Shown here piece after piece: positions 10,433-20,455 of a DNA stretch of 64,000 nt. The DNA comes from Victivallales bacterium (GTDB lineage Bacteria > Verrucomicrobiota > Lentisphaeria > Victivallales > GWF2-38-69). The notes under the pieces are model-generated. The model was not told the DNA's origin, made no database searches, and worked only from the letters and a program-made list of their open reading frames with translations. The stretch is taken from positions 2,923 to 66,922 of the forward strand of contig JAIPJT010000004.1 in assembly GCA_021733985.1 (NCBI GenBank), written 5' to 3'. Position numbers and translations under genes: made by a program. How positions within the stretch are numbered: the stretch's first letter is position 1; every line of letters starts with the position of its first letter.

Positions 10433-10839
10433 GAATTGCTTTTAACCTAAATAATGCAGCTGATTTTGAAGCTGAAGCTGAGACCTGTCCTCAGAAGCCT
10501 TGGCGTAGGAGGAGGCAGCAAAGCGAAGCTGTACTTCGTAATGCATACCAGTTAACCACGGCGGGAGCAGGTAATTTAGTTTAGTACCGCTCAAGGTACT
10601 ATACAGGGCAGAGATTTCAGTAGTCCTTACCTGGTTAATATATTTGAGTCCATCTCAAAAAGAGAAGGGCGAAAATAATAATCGCGCCGGAAAACAAACC
10701 TAAAGCATTGAACTCCTACAGCAGCTATCATAACTGTATATATTTTTTTAAAAATATAAATGATCAATTTTAATCTTATTTCAGATAAAACCTTCACTTT
10801 TTTGGAGTTTAATGCAGGTTTATTGTATATGGAAAAAGG

Positions 10840-12036
10840 TTAGTCGTTCAGCACTTCTGTAAATGCTTTACAGACATAATCTATATTATTTCCATTTAGC
10901 CCGGCAAGGTTGATTCTTCCTGAATTAACGAAATAAATAGAATATTTTTCCCTTAATTCAATTACCTTGTCCTTTGTGAGGCCGGTGTACGAAAACATAC
11001 CGTGCTGTTTCTTAATAAAATCGAAGTTCTTTTTGCAGCCCTGTACTTTAAGATTTTCCACAAAAATATTACGATAAGAATTAATTCTGTCACGCATTTC
11101 TTTTACTTCATCCTCCCAAACAGTTCTCAGGTCCGGAGTAGATAGGATTGTAGTCACTATTGATGAACCGTGGGAAGGAGGATTAGAGTAGTTTGTTCTT
11201 GCACATATTTTTAGTTGACTCAATACTTTTGCGGCTTCTTTCTGTTTTGGAGTTACAATAGATAACGCTCCAATTCTCTCATTATATAAACCAAAGTTTT
11301 TAGAAAATGAATTTGAAACCAGAAATGATTTAACTTTTTCCGCAAAGGTCCTAATTCCAACTGCATCTTCTTTCAGGCCATTCCCGAAGCCTTGATAAGC
11401 AAAATCGAAAAACGGTATAAAGGATTTTTTCAGAGAAAGAGATGCAAGTTTTTTCCATTGTTCCGGTGATATATCCACTCCTGTCGGATTATGACAGCAA
11501 GCGTGAAAGAGTACAAGATCATTTCCTGGAATTTCGGACAGAGTTTTGTACATCCCGTCAAAATCAAGACCGTTTGTTTTCGGGTTATAATACGGATAAG
11601 TCCTTGTTTCCAAGCCTGCAGAATTAAATACTTTTTTATGGTTGGCCCAGGTTGGATCACTGATCCATACTTTTGTTCCTGGATAAAACTTTTTAATGAA
11701 ATCAGCTGCTAATTTTATCCCTCCAGTACCGCCCGGTGCCTGAATAGTAGCTGCCCTGCCTGAATTCACTATTTCACTGTTTGCTCCGAATACCAGCTTC
11801 TGAACAACTTTTTTATATGACGGTTTGCCGTCTATCGGCAGGTAAGATTTTGTCTTTTCTTCCTCAAGATTTATTCTTTCAGCTGCTTTAACACTGTTTA
11901 AGATAGGAGTTTTTCCTTCTTCATTTTTGTATACCCCAACTCCAAGATTTACTTTATTTGCTTTTTTATCCAGGTTAAACGCCTCATTTAAGCCCAAAAT
12001 AGGATCTGCCGGTGCCATTTCAATTGTTTCAAACAT
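10840..12036 (-). CDS. aspC: Aspartate/aromatic amino acid aminotransferase (class I, AspC/TyrB type)
   Basis: APADPILGL, NLGVGVY, HACCHNPTG, DFAYQGF, SFSKNFGLYNERIG. Confidence 0.93.
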   Translation of the reverse strand: MFETIEMAPADPILGLNEAFNLDKKANKVNLGVGVYKNEEGKTPILNSVKAAERINLEEEKTKSYLPIDGKPSYKKVVQKLVFGANSEIVNSGRAATIQAPGGTGGIKLAADFIKKFYPGTKVWISDPTWANHKKVFNSAGLETRTYPYYNPKTNGLDFDGMYKTLSEIPGNDLVLFHACCHNPTGVDISPEQWKKLASLSLKKSFIPFFDFAYQGFGNGLKEDAVGIRTFAEKVKSFLVSNSFSKNFGLYNERIGALSIVTPKQKEAAKVLSQLKICARTNYSNPPSHGSSIVTTILSTPDLRTVWEDEVKEMRDRINSYRNIFVENLKVQGCKKNFDFIKKQHGMFSYTGLTKDKVIELREKYSIYFVNSGRINLAGLNGNNIDYVCKAFTEVLND

Positions 12037-12296
12037 GATATTTGTCCTTTCGAACTAATAATAATTTAGCTAAGAAAATAGTTTAGACAATTAATCAAAA
12101 CTATATCAATATTCAATTTATTCAAGAAAAAAATTATAAAATTTATTAATTTGATGTTACACGATGAAGCTTCATACATTGAGTCTCTATTCTCCCCTGA
12201 AACAAGAATTATTATATCAGGGTAAAATTACTATTAAATAGAAAATATAAAATATTTAGTTAACGATGCTGTATTTTGGCGCACTAAGCCGTCGCC

Positions 12297-12413
12297 CCGC
12301 AGTCGTGGGGGGCTATGGCTCACCCTGCTTCGTACCGTATAAGCACTACGCAGGGCAGGCAGTTTTTTAGTCTTAACTATTATCGAGTACTACGGCGAAA
12401 GATCGTGCCCTAC
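12297..12413. repeat. Cluster of GC-rich REP-like hairpins
   Basis: AGCCGTCGCCCC...GGGGCTATGGCT and CCCTGCTTCGT...ACTACGCAGGG stems in an AT-rich spacer; similar sequence at 10584-10611. Confidence 0.55.
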
Positions 12414-12522
12414 CGGTTTGTTTCAATAGGATAGAAATTTCGCGAACGAAGATAAACGCTAATGAGGTATTTTTATTTTTACTAATCAGCACAGTTCATC
12501 GTGCATTGAAATTACTTTGTGT

Positions 12523-13869
12523 TTACAGGTTCGGAATCGTCCTGGGTATAATGCATTTACTGCATTGCATATCAAGTTTTTCGCAGTAATTTTTACATAG
12601 GTGGATGACTCCCTGCTGGGATGCTGTACATGAGATTACTTTCTTAGAGCGTTCCCCGGGTATTAACCATCGCTGGGTAGACATCTTTAAAATTATGTTA
12701 TCTTGGGCCGGTGGAAGCTTTAAGAAAAGATTTATGACTTTGTTTACAATTTTTTGATTTTTATTGATTTTTCCATAACCATAGATAGTTGGCAGTATGA
12801 TGTTAATGATAATATCCAGAGATCTGGAATGTCCAAGTACGGCTGATTTACTGGTTGGCTTTGTTGAAAAACCTGAATATTTATCCCATAAACTGTTACT
12901 GCATAAAAAAAATTGTTCAAATTCTCTGTAGGAGGAATTTGGTTTCAGGCTGTTAAAGGTGTTTAAAATACAGCCGAATGGGTCGTCGAGACTAATTCTG
13001 TTCAGCAGTACTGTAAGAGCCGCTATACGTTTACAGGGATGATTCTGAGGTCTGACGCCGCATAAATTCCATTTTATAGCTTTATGTTTCTTCTGTCTTA
13101 ACTTCCACCAGTGTTTCCAGGTTTTTTTAATAAACTCCTGCATTTCAGGTTCAAAATTATTGAGTGATCTACTCGGTAGAAGTCCTGACTCTCCCCATAA
13201 AATAGAATTAACCTCGCTTTTTGTTAAAGTATTAAGGTCATACTCAGAAAATCTTCGGTATAATTCCTTGAACTGTTCTTTATTTTTTTTGTAACCAAGA
13301 GATTCGAATAATGCTGTCTGTATTGTTTTATCGGCTCCGTTCCTGAGTACATTGTCTGCTGCTTCCCGGGACTTCAGTTTTAAACGTTCTAATCCGGCTG
13401 AAATAAAAATTCTATTCAGTTTTCTGTCCGGGATATCTTTGAAAAATTTACTGCAGTAGCCTTTTGGAAATTTGTTTCTAAGTGCTGAATTAAATTCTTT
13501 TATTATTCCGTTCTCAATGACTATTGTCGGCATTTGCAATGTATGGCTGTCGGTTTTTTCGTGTACAATATGCAGTATTACATTGGAATAACGAGGATCT
13601 TTATTGTGTCCATGGTTAATCCAGCCATTTTCCGATAGGTGAATTTCAATGTCACCGAAATGTTTTGTCCCGTTTATTTCAACGACAGCATTTTTAAAGT
13701 CCGGTCCTTCTTCGTTATTCCATGTTCCAGGACTTACAATATTTATTACTTTATTGCATATTGACCTGAAAACTGTATTTGATTTTATACAGCTCCAAAA
13801 ATGTTGTAATTGATATTCTTTAATATCTTCAGATAGAATAAAAAAGCAGTTATTTTTCATAAAACACAT
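12523..13869 (-). CDS. DUF2851 family protein
   Basis: PGTWNNEEGPDF, GDIEIH, W..HGH.KDPRY.NVILH, LGYKKN, RPQNHP, QQGVIHL..C..C motifs. Confidence 0.85.
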   Translation of the reverse strand: MCFMKNNCFFILSEDIKEYQLQHFWSCIKSNTVFRSICNKVINIVSPGTWNNEEGPDFKNAVVEINGTKHFGDIEIHLSENGWINHGHNKDPRYSNVILHIVHEKTDSHTLQMPTIVIENGIIKEFNSALRNKFPKGYCSKFFKDIPDRKLNRIFISAGLERLKLKSREAADNVLRNGADKTIQTALFESLGYKKNKEQFKELYRRFSEYDLNTLTKSEVNSILWGESGLLPSRSLNNFEPEMQEFIKKTWKHWWKLRQKKHKAIKWNLCGVRPQNHPCKRIAALTVLLNRISLDDPFGCILNTFNSLKPNSSYREFEQFFLCSNSLWDKYSGFSTKPTSKSAVLGHSRSLDIIINIILPTIYGYGKINKNQKIVNKVINLFLKLPPAQDNIILKMSTQRWLIPGERSKKVISCTASQQGVIHLCKNYCEKLDMQCSKCIIPRTIPNL

Positions 13870-14169
13870 TTCCGTAAAACTTAATTATTAAAAATATTTT
13901 GTTATGGTTAAAAGTCAAACAGAAACTGGAAGAATTAATTTCTATTATCTTCAGCATAGAAACAGCAGAGGAATGTCAAGTCCTGATTATAATTTGACAC
14001 TTTTTTTTATTGGATATTCAAAATAAAAAAAATTAAAATCAGCGCGTTGATTTAGCTCATTAGAGGGAAACCAGAAACTTTAGGTATATATTCGGGGTGT
14101 TTTCTTAATCCGTTAATGAAGTTATATTTGAGAGGCATATCGAGTACAGTATGCCGTTTACTTAAAAGA

Positions 14170-14237
14170 GCTGTATCAAAGTGATGTAAAGCCGGCAATT
14201 TGTGTGAAGATAGAAAGCAATGACACTTTGATACAGC
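14170..14237. repeat. 14-bp perfect inverted repeat with 40-bp spacer downstream of the chitinase gene (terminator or mini-element)
   Basis: GCTGTATCAAAGTG ... CACTTTGATACAGC. Confidence 0.55.
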
Positions 14238-14301
14238 CCCAAAAAAGGGAGATAATTTATTTTAAGAAATTAAACCTAAATCAAGGAGTTAGGTTATATT
14301 T

Positions 14302-17300
14302 TTACAAATATGACGCTTTCCCATCGGATTCGAATGTGTGATGGATTATATCCAGAAGCGGAGTTGACACATTCGAGCAGTATGGAAGTTTTTTTGCATA
14401 AGTTTTTTCAACTTTGCCTGCATCCCAGTCGCCGAATACCTGCCAGATTATAACACCGCCCGCATTGTGATCCATTACGTAATCAGCTTTACACTGGATG
14501 GAGTTTTCATCGTCATAACTTAAGAAATAGTTATCCTTAGTGAGATACGGAACTTTTGCCGTATCATCCCAGTGATAAGTCCATCCCTGTTTATTCTGCA
14601 TTATGTAACCGTAATTAGGAGTTCCTTCAAAAGCACTCCAGTTTGCAAAATCGGATGCAGTCATTACCGGTCCGTCGGCACCGAAAACTCTCTGGGTTTT
14701 TACTGTTGGAGCACCTAAATCACCCTGACCGTCTGTGACTACGCCTCTGCCGTAGAAGCCGAGCCCCATATTGATTTTGTTAGCCGGTACATGTTTTTCC
14801 TGTGTAAGGAACTTAAATGTTTTGTCCCAGCATAAACCTGAACCGTACAGAGGTGAATGATGTCCTGCATTTTTTGACCAGCCGCCGTTCATGTCATATG
14901 TCATCATATTGAAATAATCCATATACCGGTTAAGTTCTGACCAGTTGAAGCCTTCAAGCCTTTCCGGAACACAGCTGAATGCAGCAGTCAATATTTTATT
15001 CGGGCCAATTGTATTCCTGATATCACGCATCAGTTTGGTAAAATTGGCGTAATCAGCTTCAGAACCTGTATAGTTCATTCCGGGGAAAGGACCCGGAAAT
15101 TCCCAGTCTATATCTATTCCGTCAAATCCCATATCAATCAGGGTTCTGCAGTCTTCAAGGAATCTTGCTTTTTTTACAGGATCGGCTGCCATTTCAGGGA
15201 TGTGTTTGCACATGCTCCAGCCGCCGATTGTGGCTATAAGTTTAACATTATTTTCATGGCAGAGCTGTATTAAACCTTTAGCGCCGCCTTCTTTGTGCAT
15301 AGGTATAGGCATTTTGCCGGATAAGCCGGTTTTTGTATTGTACCAGGAATTGCCGTCTACAACGAAACCTTTTGCTTTGGCTTCCTGAGTATTTTCCCAG
15401 AGAAGGTCTAATTCACCGTAAAGTAACCAATAATCCCAGCTGCTGTAAACATCTCCGTGTAGTATTTGTGCCGGTTCCTGGACTTCGCCTTCTTTATAGA
15501 TATTCTTGTTTCTGTAATCTCCGCTGTGCAGAGAACCGTCCTTAGCGACGCCGAAGAAAGAGAAATTAAGTATTGTATACTTTGAATAATCTACATTGAG
15601 CTGATTACAGGTGCCTTTTGCCGGGTATCCGTGTTTTGTGCCTTTCCAGGCATCCCACTGCGTAAAGTATCCGACAACCTGCTTTCTTTCTACAGAGGGG
15701 TCATAAGCCTGTATTGCGACATCTACTGATTTTTCCGTAACGGCACCTAAGTTATCTATTGCAGTTGCTGTGACAGTGTATGACCTGAATCCAGACGGTG
15801 TCCAGTCTGCGGTGGAGCCGACAAAGGTTTTGCCGTCAACATCTATAACAACACTTTTTACTTTTCCGTCAGGATCATCAGCTGAAACGGAGATATGTAC
15901 AGGGGACAGTGTTTCCTGTCTTATTACTTCATTGTTGTAAGGTGTGTTAAAACTTACGTTCGGATGGAGGTTGTCTCCGCCTGACCCGCCTGAATCTTTT
16001 TCTATTGTAACTGTAATTGCTCTGACTGTTTCAGCTCCTTTGTTGTCAAGAGCTTTTGCTGTAACATTATATGTACCGAAATCGGATGGAGTCCATTCAG
16101 CGGAAATTCCGTTATATGTATGTCCGTCTACGGATATAGAGCTTTCCACTACTGTGCCGTCGCTGTCACTTACGTTTATTGCTATGTTCACAGGAGAAAG
16201 TGTATTCTGTTCAATAACGGCACTATTTGCAGGTGTAGTGAAATTTACAGTTGGTTTCAGGTTTATGTCAGAACCGGAACCGATGACATCAGCAACAGCT
16301 CTACCTGTAGCCCATTTCGGATGCGAATATCCGGGTGAGAGATCGCCGTCCGCAATATTCATTGCATCCCAGTCAACGCTCCAGTTCATAAATCCTGAGA
16401 CAGGGCTGTTCTGGGCAGTCATTTTGTCCCATGTGCTTTTTATCAGCTCTGGAGTTGCTATATAACTCATTTTTCCGCCTGCAGCGCCTTCTGTTGCCGG
16501 GATACCCAGACAGAGTTTGTCGGCGGGAATAAATACCCCTTTACTTCCGTTGGCTTTATAACCTTTATTTGTAGAGATACCCCATGACATAGCGGCGAGG
16601 AAGTTATCCATACCGTTTGCCGGAGATACTTTGCTTCCGTCAGCACCGGTTATACCGTTTGCAGGGCCCTGATTATAGGTTTGAGGCCAAATATAGTTAA
16701 AATTGTCAATTCCTATATCGCTTATAAGTTTTTTGAAGAAGACACCTTCCATTGAATGTGAAGCCCATTTACCTGAACCGTATGTATAAGGGATTATATA
16801 TCCCCATTCAGGCGCTGCTGTCAGCCAGAAATCCTTACCCTGATTCCTGTAATGGTTTATAACTTCTTTGACGGCCTTGCTTAAGAGTTCCGGATTGATT
16901 GTTGAAAGTGAATTGTGTTCAAGGTCAAGGTCAATACCTTCGAATCCGTATTCATCTATGATTTTTTCAGCCTGGCTGACAAAAAAGTCAACATCTTCAT
17001 TGCTGGACATTTTCATATCGAAAAACTGCCCTCCTAAAGATACAATAACCTTACGTCCCTGAGCTTTAGTTTTTTCTATGAAAGATTTAACCTGTTCAGG
17101 AGTATAAGTTGACGGAGCGGTTGAACCCGGATCTTTGAATGCAAGCGTGTAGTTGCCGTCAGTATCAGTAACAATAAATGCAGTTATTATAACGTTATAA
17201 GACGGATCAATTTTATCCATTTCGACAGGTTTGGATTTAATCTGTTTTCCATCAACATTGTATGAAGTATTACCACCCCATATGCACCAGTATGTTGCAT

Positions 17301-18876
17301 TGACCTTATTCAGTGCAACCTGTTTTTTTACAGTTACGGCAACGGTGCCTACAGCTGTTAAACCTGCTGCATTTTTAACGGTATAAGTAAATGAATCGCT
17401 GCCGGTATAACCGCTTGCCGGAGTATATTTGACCCTGTTGTTTTCAATAGCAGCTGTTCCGTGTCCGGGCCGGGTAACAGTATTAACAGTCAATCCTTCG
17501 CCTTTATCATTGGCGAGTACGTCGATTGTCTGGGCCGTGCCTTCGTGTACAAAAACTGAATCATCTTCGGCTGTCGGAGCCTGAGCTTTTTTAACTGTAA
17601 CATCAACAGTTGCTTCCGAAGTTTTACCGTTTTTATCTACTATGGTATAAGTGAACGAGTCGTCCCCTGTATAACCTTCCGTAGGATTATAAGTTACCTT
17701 AGAGTCAGTATTTGCAGCAGTTCCGTACTGAGGGTCGGATACAGTCTGTATTTTAATATTGCTGCCTGTGTCGTTGGCGAGTACGTTAACTGTTTTAGCC
17801 GTGCCTTTGTCTGTTGTGAAAAAATCTTTATTTGCCACAGGATCTTGCGAAGGGCTTCCCCCGTTGTTCATATCAATTTCAACATTTGCCGGAACTTCTG
17901 TAGCGTTTCCCGGAGACCCGTTGAAACCTATAGATACTGTTTTGTCCTGTGCAAGTGCTTTATTCCATGACTGATTTTCAATTATGTAATGATTTCCATT
18001 ATGTGATTTGATCTTTGCTCCCCACATAGAATTGATATTATACGGATAATCAAATTCGACCGTCCAGCCGTCTGAAGTTTTTCCTGTAGTATTTGTCAGA
18101 AGAATTTTACCGCCGAAACCGCTTCCCCAGTCTGATGTGACTTTGTACTCAAAGCCTTCTGTCGGAGTCGGGGAGGGGGTATTGTCTTCTACCGTGACAG
18201 AAACTGAAGCATCTGCAGTGTTACCGACTGAATTTTTTATTTCATATTTAAATGAATCAGAACCTGTATAGTTGCTGTCAGGTGTGTATTTAATAGATGA
18301 AGGCGAAACAGCAACAGCTTTGCCGTGCTGGGGGAGTGAAGTTACAGTAGATACTTCGATAGTTTTTCCGTCAGGATCACTATCGTTTTTGAGTACATTG
18401 ACTGTAACGCTTTTATTTTTTTCCGTTTTAACTGTGTCGTTTTCAGCAATAGGTGAACTTTCACCGCCGGAAGCGCTTTTCCCGTTTATCTTAACATTGG
18501 TTAAGCCCTCTTTTACGTTTCCGGGTTTTCCTCCGAAACCGAAAGAAGTACTTTTTCCCGGAGCTAATTTACCGTTCCATGATGCATTTTCTATTACATA
18601 ATGGCTGCCATTGTGAGATTTGATCTTTGCGTTCCATATTGAAGTTATATTATATGGAAAATCAAATTCCACCTTCCAGGAATCATATATTTTTTGTGTG
18701 TCGTTTTTAACTGTGATATTGCCGTTGAACCCGTTTCCCCAGTCTCCTGTAATCTTAAGAGATACCGGTGAGTCGGCGGCTGATGCGCTGAAATTCAGCA
18801 TAAAAATTCCGACAATTACTGCCGATAATTTCCATTTTGTCAAAATGTTTTTGACACTTTGAAATTTGTTGGTCAT
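14302..18876 (-). CDS. Secreted multimodular chitinase: SP-CBM2-Ig-CBM2-Ig-Ig-GH18-Ig-Ig-GH18
   Basis: Signal peptide (SASA/A), two DWGxGF CBM2-like modules, Ig-like VLxND/YTP repeats, two catalytic motifs EGIDLDLE and DGIDIDWE. Confidence 0.9.
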   Translation of the reverse strand: MTNKFQSVKNILTKWKLSAVIVGIFMLNFSASAADSPVSLKITGDWGNGFNGNITVKNDTQKIYDSWKVEFDFPYNITSIWNAKIKSHNGSHYVIENASWNGKLAPGKSTSFGFGGKPGNVKEGLTNVKINGKSASGGESSPIAENDTVKTEKNKSVTVNVLKNDSDPDGKTIEVSTVTSLPQHGKAVAVSPSSIKYTPDSNYTGSDSFKYEIKNSVGNTADASVSVTVEDNTPSPTPTEGFEYKVTSDWGSGFGGKILLTNTTGKTSDGWTVEFDYPYNINSMWGAKIKSHNGNHYIIENQSWNKALAQDKTVSIGFNGSPGNATEVPANVEIDMNNGGSPSQDPVANKDFFTTDKGTAKTVNVLANDTGSNIKIQTVSDPQYGTAANTDSKVTYNPTEGYTGDDSFTYTIVDKNGKTSEATVDVTVKKAQAPTAEDDSVFVHEGTAQTIDVLANDKGEGLTVNTVTRPGHGTAAIENNRVKYTPASGYTGSDSFTYTVKNAAGLTAVGTVAVTVKKQVALNKVNATYWCIWGGNTSYNVDGKQIKSKPVEMDKIDPSYNVIITAFIVTDTDGNYTLAFKDPGSTAPSTYTPEQVKSFIEKTKAQGRKVIVSLGGQFFDMKMSSNEDVDFFVSQAEKIIDEYGFEGIDLDLEHNSLSTINPELLSKAVKEVINHYRNQGKDFWLTAAPEWGYIIPYTYGSGKWASHSMEGVFFKKLISDIGIDNFNYIWPQTYNQGPANGITGADGSKVSPANGMDNFLAAMSWGISTNKGYKANGSKGVFIPADKLCLGIPATEGAAGGKMSYIATPELIKSTWDKMTAQNSPVSGFMNWSVDWDAMNIADGDLSPGYSHPKWATGRAVADVIGSGSDINLKPTVNFTTPANSAVIEQNTLSPVNIAINVSDSDGTVVESSISVDGHTYNGISAEWTPSDFGTYNVTAKALDNKGAETVRAITVTIEKDSGGSGGDNLHPNVSFNTPYNNEVIRQETLSPVHISVSADDPDGKVKSVVIDVDGKTFVGSTADWTPSGFRSYTVTATAIDNLGAVTEKSVDVAIQAYDPSVERKQVVGYFTQWDAWKGTKHGYPAKGTCNQLNVDYSKYTILNFSFFGVAKDGSLHSGDYRNKNIYKEGEVQEPAQILHGDVYSSWDYWLLYGELDLLWENTQEAKAKGFVVDGNSWYNTKTGLSGKMPIPMHKEGGAKGLIQLCHENNVKLIATIGGWSMCKHIPEMAADPVKKARFLEDCRTLIDMGFDGIDIDWEFPGPFPGMNYTGSEADYANFTKLMRDIRNTIGPNKILTAAFSCVPERLEGFNWSELNRYMDYFNMMTYDMNGGWSKNAGHHSPLYGSGLCWDKTFKFLTQEKHVPANKINMGLGFYGRGVVTDGQGDLGAPTVKTQRVFGADGPVMTASDFANWSAFEGTPNYGYIMQNKQGWTYHWDDTAKVPYLTKDNYFLSYDDENSIQCKADYVMDHNAGGVIIWQVFGDWDAGKVEKTYAKKLPYCSNVSTPLLDIIHHTFESDGKASYL

Positions 18877-19123
18877 ACGTCCTCCTATTTTTGTATTAAT
18901 TCTACCGATTTTTACTTCACATTTACAATTTAATATAAAAATACAAACCTTGAATTATTTTTTTAGAAAAAAGTAAAAAGTTAACAGATGGGTAACAAAA
19001 AAATGGAAAATATGTTAATATAGCCTTATAATTTAGACAAAAATAAAAAACCGTCTAAAATAATAAGCCACAGAGTGTGAAGCTTTTTAGTGTAACATTT
19101 AAACTTTTAATAAGGAGTTTTGT

Positions 19124-20215
19124 ATGGAGTTTTATTATAAAAAATTCAGGGAGTTACGAAAAAGCAGGGGGATCAGCAGTCAAGAACTATGCAGGATGCT
19201 TGATATTAGCCGTACAACTTTATGGAAATGGGAAAATAATAAAGTTACTCCATCTCCCGATTTTATTAGACTGATTTCAAAAAAGCTTAATATTAATGTT
19301 TCAGAGGTCAGTTCGCTTTTATCAGAGCCCAAACAAGCCTTAATAGATTATTCAGATTCTGCTGAAACATGTAATCTTCTACTCGACATAGATATGTTTT
19401 CTGTTAAAAATAAAAAACTTAATAAGGCATTAGCAGAAATAGCATCATTACAAACTGACCTGGACCAGGCGTCTCTTATACTGAACGCGATTTTTCGCGG
19501 AATTGGTTTAATATTTTATATTAAAGATACTAACTTAAAATATGTTGCAGCAAACAAAATGTTTTTAAATAATCTCTCGCTTCATTCTTCATACAAAGTT
19601 ATTGGAAAAACAGATTATGATTTTTTCCCTCAAAATGAAGCTAAGGAAAATATAGAACTGGATAAAGAAGTCCTTTATAAAGGAAAATCGTATTGTTCAG
19701 AAGGCTTTATATATGGAACAAGGAAAAAAAAGTGGGGAATAATAGAAAAACATCCGATACCTGATCAAAACGGGAAATTAATTGGTTTAATTTGTACATT
19801 GAAAGACGTAACAGAGCAGAGACGTGCCGAGGCCGAAAATGTAGAGCTACAGAGAGAAAAGGATATACTTTACTCAGCAGTTAACAGTATTGAAAAGGTT
19901 ATAGTGCTTCTATATAACATAGATATCAACCGTAAAGTAAAGTATAGATTTGTAAGCAGGAATTTGCAGAAAATTCTAGGTTATAATACAGAGAATTTTA
20001 TAAAAAACTGTTATCCGCTTATATCAATTATTCATCCCGATCAAAAACAATTAATAGACAATCATTTTCGGAAAAAAGATTCTGGATTCTTTAAGTATAT
20101 ATTTGATATCAGAAAAGAAGACGGCAGTTATATTAAGATGGAAGGAAGGGGGGAAAAGAGGAAAAATCCGGACGGTACATTTACAGTATTAGGTATATTG
20201 ACTAAATTAGATTAG
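19124..20215 (+). CDS. XRE-family HTH + PAS-domain regulator (paralogue 2)
   Basis: LRKSRGISSQELC..ISRTTLWKWE HTH; FYIKDTNLKYVAANKMF PAS; second PAS with IIHPDQ. Confidence 0.82.
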   Translation: MEFYYKKFRELRKSRGISSQELCRMLDISRTTLWKWENNKVTPSPDFIRLISKKLNINVSEVSSLLSEPKQALIDYSDSAETCNLLLDIDMFSVKNKKLNKALAEIASLQTDLDQASLILNAIFRGIGLIFYIKDTNLKYVAANKMFLNNLSLHSSYKVIGKTDYDFFPQNEAKENIELDKEVLYKGKSYCSEGFIYGTRKKKWGIIEKHPIPDQNGKLIGLICTLKDVTEQRRAEAENVELQREKDILYSAVNSIEKVIVLLYNIDINRKVKYRFVSRNLQKILGYNTENFIKNCYPLISIIHPDQKQLIDNHFRKKDSGFFKYIFDIRKEDGSYIKMEGRGEKRKNPDGTFTVLGILTKLD

Positions 20216-20224
20216 GGGATTCAA

Positions 20225-20365
20225 CTCAAATTATGCACTGCGCTGTATCTGCTCCCGCCGTCGTTTACCGAACTATGGCGGGTCAAGTACCATCGCATGA
20301 CTGGTATGTAGAAACTACAGCTGTATTTTGTTGCCTTGCATCTACAGCACACTGCATGTTGCGGG
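20225..20365 (+). repeat. Family A MITE-like repeat copy
   Basis: Ends CTCAAATTATGCA / TGCATGTTGCGGG; internal homology to the 7.0 kb and 10.1-10.57 kb copies. Confidence 0.6.
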
Positions 20366-20368
20366 TTT

Positions 20369-20401
20369 AAAAAACCTGTCTGAATAATATGCAGACAGGT
20401 T
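20369..20401 (-). terminator. Intrinsic terminator of the lysine fermentation operon
   Basis: AACCTGTCTG...CAGACAGGTT stem followed by a T-run on the minus strand. Confidence 0.7.
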
Positions 20402-20455
20402 ATCATATTAGAATAGACCGAAAAGTAAAGAATTTGCATTACATAACTAAGAATA

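Noticed and set aside
10053-10434. Two short ORFs (62 and 60 aa) after pnp
   Set aside because: They cross the terminator, repeat and MITE sequences; no RBS or protein features.
10140-10650. CRISPR array or tmRNA/RNase P in the pnp-aspC spacer
   Set aside because: No regularly spaced identical repeats and no conserved termini of those RNAs; nested repeats explain the region.
20221-20439. 72-aa minus-strand ORF
   Set aside because: Runs through the operon terminator and a family A repeat.
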